Under the pieces are notes generated by a model that had not been told where the DNA came from, did no database searches, and saw nothing but the letters and a program-made list of their open reading frames with translations. Source: Auanema rhodensis (Eukaryota > Animalia > Nematoda). From it: a stretch of DNA of 64,000 nt. Where the stretch lies: positions 186,001 through 250,000 of the forward strand of contig CAXKVF010000085.1 in NCBI GenBank assembly GCA_964057225.1, read 5' to 3'. Below are positions 12,497 through 26,300 of the stretch, piece by piece. Numbering within the stretch: the stretch's first letter is position 1; each line of letters starts with the position of its first letter. The position numbers and the translations under genes are program-made.

Positions 12497-15400
12497 CACG
12501 TGAAAGATAAAGAGATGCGGTTTTCAAAATTAGATTCCCCATGTCCATATTAGTCTAAAAACAAATTTTTATTGATATTGGTTCATGGTAACCATGACTT
12601 TGAAATTTACGTGAACTTTAATTTATGCTAATTAAATGTACACGTGATGTGCACTTGGTATGTAACTCGCTTCACGTGAAAGATAAAGAGATGCGGTTTT
12701 CAAAATTAGATTCCCCATGTCCATATTAGTCTAAAAACAAATTTTTATTGATATTGGTGCATGGTAACCATGACTTTGAAATTTACGTGAACTTTAATTT
12801 ATGCTAATTAAATGTACACGTGATGTGCACTTGGTATGTAACTCGCTTCACGTGAAAGATAAAGAGATGCGGTTTTCAAAATTAGATTCCCCATGTCCAT
12901 ATTAGTCTAAAAACAAATTTTTATTGATATTGGTTCATGGTAACCATGACTTTGAAATTTACGTGAACTTTAATTTATGCTAATTAAATGTACACGTGAT
13001 GTGCACTTGGTATGTAACTCGCTTCACGTGGAAGATAAAGAGATGCGGTTTTCAAAATTAGATTCCCCATGTCCATATTAGTCTAAAAACAAATTTTTAT
13101 TGATATTGGTGCATGGTAACCATGACTTTGAAATTTACGTGAACTTTAATTTATGCTAATTAAATGTACACGTGATGTGCACTTGGTATGTAACTCGCTT
13201 CACGTGGAAGATAAAGAGATGCGGTTTTCAAAATTAGATTCCCCATGTCCATATTAGTCTAAAAACAAATTTTTATTGATATTGGTGCATGGTAACCATG
13301 ACTTTGAAATTTACGTGAACTTTAATTTATGCTAATTAAATGTACACGTGATGTGCACTTGGTATGTAACTCGCTTCACGTGAAAGATAAAGAGATGCGG
13401 TTTTCAAAATTAGATTCCCCATGTCCATATTAGTCTAAAAACAAATTTTTATTGATATTGGTTAATGGTAACCATGACTTTGAAATTTACGTGAACTTTA
13501 ATTTATGCTAATTAAATGTACACGTGATGTGCACTTGGTATGTAACTCGCTTCACGTGAAAGATAAAGAGATGCGGTTTTCAAAATTAGATTCCCCATGT
13601 CCATATTAGTCTAAAAACAGATTTTTATTGATATTGGTGCATGGTAACCATGACTTTGAAATTTACGTGAACTTTAATTTATGCTAATTAAATGTACACG
13701 TGATGTGCACTTGGTATGTAACTCGCTTCACGTGAAAGATAAAGAGATGCGGTTTTCAAAATTAGATTCCCCATGTCCATATTAGTCTAAAAACAAATTT
13801 TTATTGATATTGGTTCATGGTAACCATGACTTTGAAATTTACGTGAACTTTAATTTATGCTAATTAAATGTACACGTGATGTGCACTTGGTATGTAACTC
13901 GCTTCACGTGAAATATAAAGAGATGCGGTTTTCAAAATTAGATTCCCCATGTCCATATTAGTCTAAAAACAAATTTTTATTGATATTGGTGCATGGTAAC
14001 CATGACTTTGAAATTTACGTGAACTTTAATTTATGCTAATTAAATGTACACGTGATGTGCACTTGGTATGTAACTCGCTTCACGTGAAAGATAAAGAGAT
14101 GCGGTTTTCAAAATTAGATTCCCCATGTCCATATTAGTCTAAAAACAGATTTTTATTGATATTGGTGCATGGTAACCATGACTTTGAAATTTACGTGAAC
14201 TTTAATTTATGCTAATTAAATGTACACGTGATGTGCACTTGGTATGTAACTCGCTTCACGTGAAAGATAAAGAGATGCGGTTTTCAAAATTAGATTCCCC
14301 ATGTCCATATTAGTCTAAAAACAGATTTTTATTGATATTGGTGCATGGTAACCATGACTTTGAAATTTACGTGAACTTTAATTTATGCTAATTAAATGTA
14401 CACGTGATGTGCACTTGGTATGTAACTCGCTTCACGTGAAAGATAAAGAGATGCGGTTTTCAAAATTAGATTCCCCATGTCCATATTAGTCTAAAAACAA
14501 TTTTTTATTGATATTGGTTCATGGTAACCATGACTTTGAAATTTACGTGAACTTTAATTTATGCTAATTAAATGTACACGTGATGTGCACTTGGTATGTA
14601 ACTCGCTTCACGTGAAAGATAAAGAGATGCGGTTTTCAAAATTAGATTCCCCATGTCCATATTAGTCTAAAAACAAATTTATATTGATATTGGTGCATGG
14701 TAACCATGACTTTGAAATTTACGTGAACTTTAATTTATGCTAATTAAATGTACACGTGATGTGCACTTGGTATGTAACTCGCTTCACGTGGAAGATAAAG
14801 AGATGCGGTTTTCAAAATTAGATTCCCCATGTCCATATTAGTCTAAAAACAAATTTTTATTGATATTGGTGCATGGTAACCATGACTTTGAAATTTACGT
14901 GAACTTTAATTTATGCTAATTAAATGTACACGTGATGTGCACTTGGTATGTAACTCGCTTCACGTGAAAGATAAAGAGATGCGGTTTTCAAAATTAGATT
15001 CCCCATGTCCATATTAGTCTAAAAACAAATTTTTATTGATATTGGTTCATGGTAACCATGACTTTGAAATTTACGTGAACTTTAATTTATGCTAATTAAA
15101 TGTACACGTGATGTGCACTTGGTATGTAACTCGCTTCACGTGAAAGATAAAGTGATGCGGTTTTCAAAATTAGATTCCCCATGTCCATATTAGTCTAAAA
15201 ACAAATTTTTATTGATATTGGTGCATGGTAACCATGACTTTGAAATTTACGTGAACTTTAATTTATGCTAATTAAATGTACACGTGATGTGCACTTGGTA
15301 TGTAACTCGCTTCACGTGGAAGATAAAGAGATGCGGTTTTCAAAATTAGATTCCCCATGTCCATATTAGTCTAAAAACAAATTTATATTGATATTGGTGC

Positions 15401-18400
15401 ATGGTAACCATGACTTTGAAATTTACGTGAACTTTAATTTATGCTAATTAAATGTACACGTGATGTGCACTTGGTATGTAACTCGCTTCACGTGGAAGAT
15501 AAAGAGATGCGGTTTTCAAAATTAGATTCCCCATGTCCATATTAGTCTAAAAACAAATTTATATTGATATTGGTGCATGGTAACCATGACTTTGAAATTT
15601 ACGTGAACTTTAATTTATGCTAATTAAATGTACACGTGATGTGCACTTGGTATGTAACTCGCTTCACGTGGAAGATAAAGAGATGCGGTTTTCAAAATTA
15701 GATTCCCCATGTCCATATTAGTCTAAAAACAAATTTTTATTGATATTGGTTCATGGTAACCATGACTTTGAAATTTACGTGAACTTTAATTTATGCTAAT
15801 TAAATGTACACGTGATGTGCACTTGGTATGTAACTCGCTTCACGTGAAATATAAAGAGATGCGGTTTTCAAAATTAGATTCCCCATGTCCATATTAGTCT
15901 AAAAACAAATTTTTATTGATATTGGTGCATGGTAACCATGACTTTGAAATTTACGTGAACTTTAATTTATGCTAATTAAATGTACACGTGATGTGCACTT
16001 GGTATGTAACTCGCTTCACGTGAAAGATAAAGTGATGCGGTTTTCAAAATTAGATTCCCCATGTCCATATTAGTCTAAAAACAAATTTTTATTGATATTG
16101 GTTCATGGTAACCATGACTTTGAAATTTACGTGAACTTTAATTTATGCTAATTAAATGTACACGTGATGTGCACTTGGTATGTAACTCGCTTCACGTGGA
16201 AGATAAAGAGATGCGGTTTTCAAAATTAGATTCCCCATGTCCATATTAGTCTAAAAACAAATTTTTATTGATATTGGTGCATGGTAACCATGACTTTGAA
16301 ATTTACGTGAACTTTAATTTATGCTAATTAAATGTACACGTGATGTGCACTTGGTATGTAACTCGCTTCACGTGAAAGATAAAGAGATGCGGTTTTCAAA
16401 ATTAGATTCCCCATGTCCATATTAGTCTAAAAACAAATTTTTATTGATATTGGTTCATGGTAACCATGACTTTGAAATTTACGTGAACTTTAATTTATGC
16501 TAATTAAATGTACACGTGATGTGCACTTGGTATGTAACTCGCTTCACGTGAAAGATAAAGAGATGCGGTTTTCAAAATTAGATTCCCCATGTCCATATTA
16601 GTCTAAAAACAAATTTTTATTGATATTGGTGCATGGTAACCATGACTTTGAAATTTACGTGAACTTTAATTTATGCTAATTAAATGTACACGTGATGTGC
16701 ACTTGGTATGTAACTCGCTTCACGTGAAAGATAAAGAGATGCGGTTTTCAAAATTAGATTCCCCATGTCCATATTAGTCTAAAAACAAATTTTTATTGAT
16801 ATTGGTTCATGGTAACCATGACTTTGAAATTTACGTGAACTTTAATTTATGCTAATTAAATGTACACGTGATGTGCACTTGGTATGTAACTCGCTTCACG
16901 TGGAAGATAAAGAGATGCGGTTTTCAAAATTAGATTCCCCATGTCCATATTAGTCTAAAAACAAATTTTTATTGATATTGGTGCATGGTAACCATGACTT
17001 TGAAATTTACGTGAACTTTAATTTATGCTAATTAAATGTACACGTGATGTGCACTTGGTATGTAACTCGCTTCACGTGGAAGATAAAGAGATGCGGTTTT
17101 CAAAATTAGATTCCCCATGTCCATATTAGTCTAAAAACAAATTTTTATTGATATTGGTGCATGGTAACCATGACTTTGAAATTTACGTGAACTTTAATTT
17201 ATGCTAATTAAATGTACACGTGATGTGCACTTGGTATGTAACTCGCTTCACGTGAAAGATAAAGAGATGCGGTTTTCAAAATTAGATTCCCCATGTCCAT
17301 ATTAGTCTAAAAACAAATTTTTATTGATATTGGTTAATGGTAACCATGACTTTGAAATTTACGTGAACTTTAATTTATGCTAATTAAATGTACACGTGAT
17401 GTGCACTTGGTATGTAACTCGCTTCACGTGAAAGATAAAGAGATGCGGTTTTCAAAATTAGATTCCCCATGTCCATATTAGTCTAAAAACAGATTTTTAT
17501 TGATATTGGTGCATGGTAACCATGACTTTGAAATTTACGTGAACTTTAATTTATGCTAATTAAATGTACACGTGATGTGCACTTGGTATGTAACTCGCTT
17601 CACGTGAAAGATAAAGAGATGCGGTTTTCAAAATTAGATTCCCCATGTCCATATTAGTCTAAAAACAAATTTTTATTGATATTGGTTCATGGTAACCATG
17701 ACTTTGAAATTTACGTGAACTTTAATTTATGCTAATTAAATGTACACGTGATGTGCACTTGGTATGTAACTCGCTTCACGTGAAATATAAAGAGATGCGG
17801 TTTTCAAAATTAGATTCCCCATGTCCATATTAGTCTAAAAACAAATTTTTATTGATATTGGTGCATGGTAACCATGACTTTGAAATTTACGTGAACTTTA
17901 ATTTATGCTAATTAAATGTACACGTGATGTGCACTTGGTATGTAACTCGCTTCACGTGAAAGATAAAGTGATGCGGTTTTCAAAATTAGATTCCCCATGT
18001 TCATATTAGTCTAAAAACAGATTTTTATTGATATTGGTTCATGGTAACCATGACTTTGAAATTTACGTGAACTTTAATTTATGCTAATTAAATGTACACG
18101 TGATGTGCACTTGGTATGTAACTCGCTTCACGTGAAAGATAAAGAGATGCGGTTTTCAAAATTTGATTCCCCATGTCCATATTAGTCTAAAAACAAATTT
18201 TTATTGATATTGGTTCATGGTAACCATGACTTTGAAATTTACGTGAACTTTAATTTATGCTAATTAAATGTACACGTGATGTGCACTTGATATGTAACTC
18301 GCTTCACGTGAAAGATAAAGAGATGCGGTTTTCAAAATTAGATTCCCCATGTCCATATTAGTCTAAAAACAAATTTTTATTGATATTGGTGCATGGTAAC

Positions 18401-20859
18401 CATGACTTTGAAATTTACGTGAACTTTAATTTATGCTAATTAAATGTACACGTGATGTGCACTTGGTATGTAACTCGCTTCACGTGAAAGATAAAGAGAT
18501 GCGGTTTTCAAAATTAGATTCCCCATGTCCATATTAGTCTAAAAACAGATTTTTATTGATATTGGTGCATGGTAACCATGACTTTGAAATTTACCTGAAC
18601 TTATATTTATGCTAATTAAATGTACACGTGATGTGCACTTGGTATGTAACTCGCTTCACGTGGAAGATAAAGAGATGCGGTTTTCAAAATTAGATTCCCC
18701 ATGTCCATATTAGTCTAAAAACAAATTTTTATTGATATTGGTGCATGGTAACCATGACTTTGAAATTTACGTGAACTTTAATTTATGCTAATTAAATGTA
18801 CACGTGATGTGCACTTGGTATGTAACTCGCTTCACGTGAAAGATAAAGAGATGCGGTTTTCAAAATTAGATTCCCCATGTCCATATTAGTCTAAAAACAA
18901 ATTTTTATTGATATTGGTTCATGGTAACCATGACTTTGAAATTTACGTGAACTTTAATTTATGCTAATTAAATGTACACGTGATGTGCACTTGGTATGTA
19001 ACTCGCTTCACGTGAAAGATAAAGAGATGCGGTTTTCAAAATTAGATTCCCCATGTCCATATTAGTCTAAAAACAAATTTTTATTGATATTGGTGCATGG
19101 TAACCATGACTTTGAAATTTACGTGAACTTTAATTTATGCTAATTAAATGTACACGTGATGTGCACTTGGTATGTAACTCGCTTCACGTGAAAGATAAAG
19201 AGATGCGGTTTTCAAAATTAGATTCCCCATGTCCATATTAGTCTAAAAACAAATTTTTATTGATATTGGTTAATGGTAACCATGACTTTGAAATTTACGT
19301 GAACTTTAATTTATGCTAATTAAATGTACACGTGATGTGCACTTGATATGTAACTCGCTTCACGTGAAAGATAAAGAGATGCGGTTTTCAAAATTAGATT
19401 CCCCATGTCCATATTAGTCTAAAAACAAATTTTTATTGATATTGGTGCATGGTAACCATGACTTTGAAATTTACGTGAACTTTAATTTATGCTAATTAAA
19501 TGTACACGTGATGTGCACTTGGTATGTAACTCGCTTCACGTGAAAGATAAAGAGATGCGGTTTTCAAAATTAGATTCCCCATGTCCATATTAGTCTAAAA
19601 ACAGATTTTTATTGATATTGGTGCATGGTAACCATGACTTTGAAATTTACGTGAACTTTAATTTATGCTAATTAAATGTACACGTGATGTGCACTTGATA
19701 TGTAACTCGCTTCACGTGAAAGATAAAGAGATGCGGTTTTCAAAATTAGATTCCCCATGTCCATATTAGTCTAAAAACAAATTTTTATTGATATTGGTGC
19801 ATGGTAACCATGACTTTGAAATTTACGTGAACTTTAATTTATGCTAATTAAATGTACACGTGATGTGCACTTGGTATGTAACTCGCTTCACGTGAAAGAT
19901 AAAGAGATGCGGTTTTCAAAATTAGATTCCCCATGTCCATATTAGTCTAAAAACAGATTTTTATTGATATTGGTGCATGGTAACCATGACTTTGAAATTT
20001 ACGTGAACTTTAATTTATGCTAATTAAATGTACACGTGATGTGCACTTGGTATGTAACTCGCTTCACGTGAAAGATAAAGAGATGCGGTTTTCAAAATTA
20101 GATTCCCCATGTCCATATTAGTCTAAAAACAAATTTTTATTGATATTGGTGCATGGTAACCATGACTTTGAAATTTACGTGAACTTTAATTTATGCTAAT
20201 TAAATGTACACGTGATGTGCACTTGGTATGTAACTCGCTTCACGTGAAAGATAAAGAGATGCGGTTTTCAAAATTAGATTCCCCATGTCCATATTAGTCT
20301 AAAAACAAATTTTTATTGATATTGGTGCATGGTAACCATGACTTTGAAATTTACGTGAACTTTAATTTATGCTAATTAAATGTACACGTGATGTGCACTT
20401 GGTATGTAACTCGCTTCACGTGAAAGATAAAGAGATGCGGTTTTCAAAATTAGATTCCCCATGTCCATATTAGTCTAAAAACAAATTTTTATTGATATTG
20501 GTTCATGGTAACCATGACTTTGAAATTTACGTGAACTTTAATTTATGCTAATTAAATGTACACGTGATGTGCACTTGGTATGTAACTCGCTTCACGTGAA
20601 ATATAAAGAGATGCGGTTTTCAAAATTAGATTCCCCATGTCCATATTAGTCTAAAAACAAATTTTTATTGATATTGGTGCATGGTAACCATGACTTTGAA
20701 ATTTACGTGAACTTTAATTTATGCTAATTAAATGTACACGTGATGTGCACTTGGTATGTAACTCGCTTCACGAGAAAGATAAAGAGATGCGGTTTTCAAA
20801 ATTAGATTCCTCATGTCCATATTAGTCTAAAAACAAATTTTTATTGATATTGGTTCATG

Positions 20860-23320
20860 GTAACCATGACTTTGAAATTTACGTGAACGTTAATTTATGC
20901 TAATTAAATGTACACGTGATGTGCACTTGGTATGTAACTCGCCTCACGTGAAAGATAAAGAGATGCGGTTTTCAAAATTAGATTCCCCATGTCCATATTA
21001 GTCTAAAAACAAATTTTTATTGATATTGGTGCATGGTAACCATGACTTTGAAATTTACGTGAACTTTAATTTATGCTAATTAAATGTACACGTGATGTGC
21101 ACTTGGTATGTAACTCGCTTCACGTGAAAGATAAAGAGATGCGGTTTTCAAAATTAGATTCTTCATGTCCATATTAGTCTAAAAACAAATTTTTATTGAT
21201 ATTGGTTCATGGTAACCATGACTTTGAAATTTACGTGAACTTTAATTTATGCTAATTAAATGTACACGTGATGTGCACTTGGTATGTAACTCGCTTCACG
21301 TGAAATATAAAGAGATGCGGTTTTCAAAATTAGATTCCCCATGTCCATATTAGTCTAAAAACAAATTTTTATTGATATTGGTGCATGGTAACCATGACTT
21401 TGAAATTTACGTGAACTTTAATTTATGCTAATTAAATGTACACGTGATGTGCACTTGGTATGTAACTCGCTTCACGTGAAAGATAAAGAGATGCGGTTTT
21501 CAAAATTAGATTCCTCATGTCCATATTAGTCTAAAAACAAATTTTTATTGATATTGGTTCATGGTAACCATGACTTTGAAATTTACGTGAACGTTAATTT
21601 ATGCTAATTAAATGTACACGTGATGTGCACTTGGTATGTAACTCGCTTCACGTGAAAGATAAAGAGATGCGGTTTTCAAAATTAGATTCCCCATGTCCAT
21701 ATTAGTCTAAAAACAAATTTTTATTGATATTGGTGCATGGTAACCATGACTTTGAAATTTACGTGAACTTTAATTTATGCTAATTAAATGTACACGTGAT
21801 GTGCACTTGGTATGTAACTCGCTTCACGTGAAAGATAAAGAGATGCGGTTTTCAAAATTAGATTCCCCATGTCCATATTAGTCTAAAAACAAATTTTTAT
21901 TGATATTGGTGCATGGTAACCATGACTTTGAAATTTACGTGAACTTTAATTTATGCTAATTAAATGTACACGTGATGTGCACTTGATATGTAACTCGCTT
22001 CACGTGAAAGATAAAGAGATGCGATTTTCAAAATTAGATTCCCCATGTCCATATTAGTCTAAAAACAAATTTTTATTGATATTGGTTCATGGTAACCATG
22101 ACTTTGAAATTTACGTGAACGTTAATTTATGCTAATTAAATGTACACGTGATGTGCACTTGGTATGTAACTCGCCTCACGTGAAAGATAAAGAGATGCGG
22201 TTTTCAAAATTAGATTCCCCATGTCCATATTAGTCTAAAAACAAATTTTTATTGATATTGGTGCATGGTAACCATGACTTTGAAATTTACGTGAACTTTA
22301 ATTTATGCTAATTAAATGTACACGTGATGTGCACTTGGTATGTAACTCGCTTCACGTGAAAGATAAAGAGATGCGGTTTTCAAAATTAGATTCCCCATGT
22401 CCATATTAGTCTAAAAACAAATTTTTATTGATATTGGTTCATGGTAACCATGACTTTGAAATTTACGTGAACTTTAATTTATGCTAATTAAATGTACACG
22501 TGATGTGCACTTGGTATGTAACTCGCTTCACGTGAAATATAAAGAGATGCGGTTTTCAAAATTAGATTCCCCATGTCCATATTAGTCTAAAAACAAATTT
22601 TTATTGATATTGGTGCATGGTAACCATGACTTTGAAATTTACGTGAACTTTAATTTATGCTAATTAAATGTACACGTGATGTGCACTTGGTATGTAACTC
22701 GCTTCACGTGAAAGATAAAGAGATGCGGTTTTCAAAATTAGATTCCTCATGTCCATATTAGTCTAAAAACAAATTTTTATTGATATTGGTTCATGGTAAC
22801 CATGACTTTGAAATTTACGTGAACGTTAATTTATGCTAATTAAATGTACACGTGATGTGCACTTGGTATGTAACTCGCTTCACGTGAAAGATAAAGAGAT
22901 GCGGTTTTCAAAATTAGATTCCCCATGTCCATATTAGTCTAAAAACAAATTTTTATTGATATTGGTGCATGGTAACCATGACTTTGAAATTTACGTGAAC
23001 TTTAATTTATGCTAATTAAATGTACACGTGATGTGCACTTGGTATGTAACTCGCTTCACGTGAAAGATAAAGAGATGCGGTTTTCAAAATTAGATTCCCC
23101 ATGTCCATATTAGTCTAAAAACAAATTTTTATTGATATTGGTGCATGGTAACCATGACTTTGAAATTTACGTGAACTTTAATTTATGCTAATTAAATGTA
23201 CACGTGATGTGCACTTGATATGTAACTCGCTTCACGTGAAAGATAAAGAGATGCGGTTTTCAAAATTAGATTCCCCATGTCCATATTAGTCTAAAAACAA
23301 ATTTTTATTGATATTGGTGC
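20860..23320. repeat. 7-monomer (1232 bp) tandem duplication
   Basis: T121G at 20889/22121 and 21593/22825, T175C at 20943/22175, and G162A at 21986/23218 are all 1232 bp apart. Boundaries are approximate. Confidence 0.88.
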
Positions 23321-26300
23321 ATGGTAACCATGACTTTGAAATTTACGTGAACTTTAATTTATGCTAATTAAATGTACACGTGATGTGCACTTGGTATGTA
23401 ACTCGCTTCACGTGAAAGATAAAGAGATGCGGTTTTCAAAATTAGATTCCCCATGTCCATATTAGTCTAAAAACAGATTTTTATTGATATTGGTGCATGG
23501 TAACCATGACTTTGAAATTTACGTGAACTTTAATTTATGCTAATTAAATGTACACGTGATGTGCACTTGGTATGTAACTCGCTTCACGTGAAAGATAAAG
23601 AGATGCGGTTTTCAAAATTAGATTCCCCATGTCCATATTAGTCTAAAAACAAATTTTTATTGATATTGGTGCATGGTAACCATGACTTTGAAATTTACGT
23701 GAACTTTAATTTATGCTAATTAAATGTACACGTGATGTGCACTTGGTATGTAACTCGCTTCACGTGAAAGATAAAGAGATGCGGTTTTCAAAATTAGATT
23801 CCCCATGTCCATATTAGTCTAAAAACAAATTTTTATTGATATTGGTTAATGGTAACCATGACTTTGAAATTTACGTGAACTTTAATTTATGCTAATTAAA
23901 TGTACACGTGATGTGCACTTGATATGTAACTCGCTTCACGTGAAAGATAAAGAGATGAGGTTTTCAAAATTAGATTCCCCATGTCCATATTAGTCTAAAA
24001 ACAAATTTTTATTGATATTGGTGCATGGTAACCATGACTTTGAAATTTACGTGAACTTTAATTTATGCTAATTAAATGTACACGTGATGTGCACTTGGTA
24101 TGTAACTCGCTTCACGTGAAAGATAAAGAGATGCGGTTTTCAAAATTAGATTCCCCATGTCCATATTAGTCTAAAAACAGATTTTTATTGATATTGGTGC
24201 ATGGTAACCATGACTTTGAAATTTACGTGAACTTTAATTTATGCTAATTAAATGTACACGTGATGTGCACTTGGTATGTAACTCGCTTCACGTGAAAGAT
24301 AAAGAGATGCGGTTTTCAAAATTAGATTCCCCATGTACATATTAGTCTAAAAACAAATTTTTATTGATATTGGTTCATGGTAACCATGACTTTGAAATTT
24401 ACGTGAACTTTAATTTATGCTAATTAAATGTACACGTGATGTGCACTTGGTATGTAACTCGCTTCACGTGGAAGATAAAGAGATGCGGTTTTCAAAATTA
24501 GATTCCCCATGTCCATATTAGTCTAAAAACAAATTTTTATTGATATTGGTGCATGGTAACCATGACTTTGAAATTTACGTGAACTTTAATTTATGCTAAT
24601 TAAATGTACACGTGATGTGCACTTGGTATGTAACTCGCTTCACGTGAAAGATAAAGAGATGCGGTTTTCAAAATTAGATTCCTCATGTCCATATTAGTCT
24701 AAAAACAAATTTTTATTGATATTGGTTCATGGTAACCATGACTTTGAAATTTACGTGAACGTTAATTTATGCTAATTAAATGTACACGTGATGTGCACTT
24801 GGTATGTAACTCGCTTCACGTGAAAGATAAAGAGATGCGGTTTTCAAAATTAGATTCCCCATGTCCATATTAGTCTAAAAACAAATTTTTATTGATATTG
24901 GTGCATGGTAACCATGACTTTGAAATTTACGTGAACTTTAATTTATGCTAATTAAATGTACACGTGATGTGCACTTGGTATGTAACTCGCTTCACGTGAA
25001 AGATAAAGAGATGCGGTTTTCAAAATTAGATTCCCCATGTCCATATTAGTCTAAAAACAAATTTTTATTGATATTGGTGCATGGTAACCATGACTTTGAA
25101 ATTTACGTGAACTTTAATTTATGCTAATTAAATGTACACGTGATGTGCACTTGATATGTAACTCGCTTCACGTGAAAGATAAAGAGATGCGGTTTTCAAA
25201 ATTAGATTCCCCATGTCCATATTAGTCTAAAAACAAATTTTTATTGATATTGGTGCATGGTAACCATGACTTTGAAATTTACGTGAACTTTAATTTATGC
25301 TAATTAAATGTACACGTGATGTGCACTTGGTATGTAACTCGCTTCACGTGAAAGATAAAGAGATGCGGTTTTCAAAATTAGATTCCCCATGTCCATATTA
25401 GTCTAAAAACAGATTTTTATTGATATTGGTGCATGGTAACCATGACTTTGAAATTTACGTGAACTTTAATTTATGCTAATTAAATGTACACGTGATGTGC
25501 ACTTGGCATGTAACTCGCTTCACGTGAAAGATAAAGAGATGCGGTTTTCAAAATCAGATTCCCCATGTACATATTAGTCTAAAAACAAATTTTTATTGAT
25601 ATTGGTTCATGGTAACCATGACTTTGAAATTTACGTGAACTTTAATTTATGCTAATTAAATGTACACGTGATGTGCACTTGGTATGTAACTCGCTTCACG
25701 TGAAAGATAAAGAGATGCGGTTTTCAAAATTAGATTCCCCATGTCCATATTAGTCTAAAAACAAATTTTTATTGATATTGGTTCATGGTAACCATGACTT
25801 TGAAATTTACGTGAACTTTAATTTATGCTAATTAAATGTACACGTGATGTGCACTTGGTATGTAACTCGCTTCACGTGAAATATAAAGAGATGCGGTTTT
25901 CAAAATTAGATTCCCCATGACCATATTAGTCTAAAAACAAATTTTTATTGATATTGGTTCATGGTAACCATGACTTTGAAATTTACGTGAACTTTAATTT
26001 ATGCTAATTAAATGTACACGTGATGTGCACTTGATATGTAACTCGCTTCACGTGAAAGATAAAGAGATGCGGTTTTCAAAATTAGATTCCCCATGTCCAT
26101 ATTAGTCTAAAAACAAATTTTTATTGATATTGGTGCATGGTAACCATGACTTTGAAATTTACGTGAACTTTAATTTATGCTAATTAAATGTACACGTGAT
26201 GTGCACTTGGTATGTAACTCGCTTCACGTGAAAGATAAAGAGATGCGGTTTTCAAAATTAGATTCCTCATGTCCATATTAGTCTAAAAACAAATTTTTAT

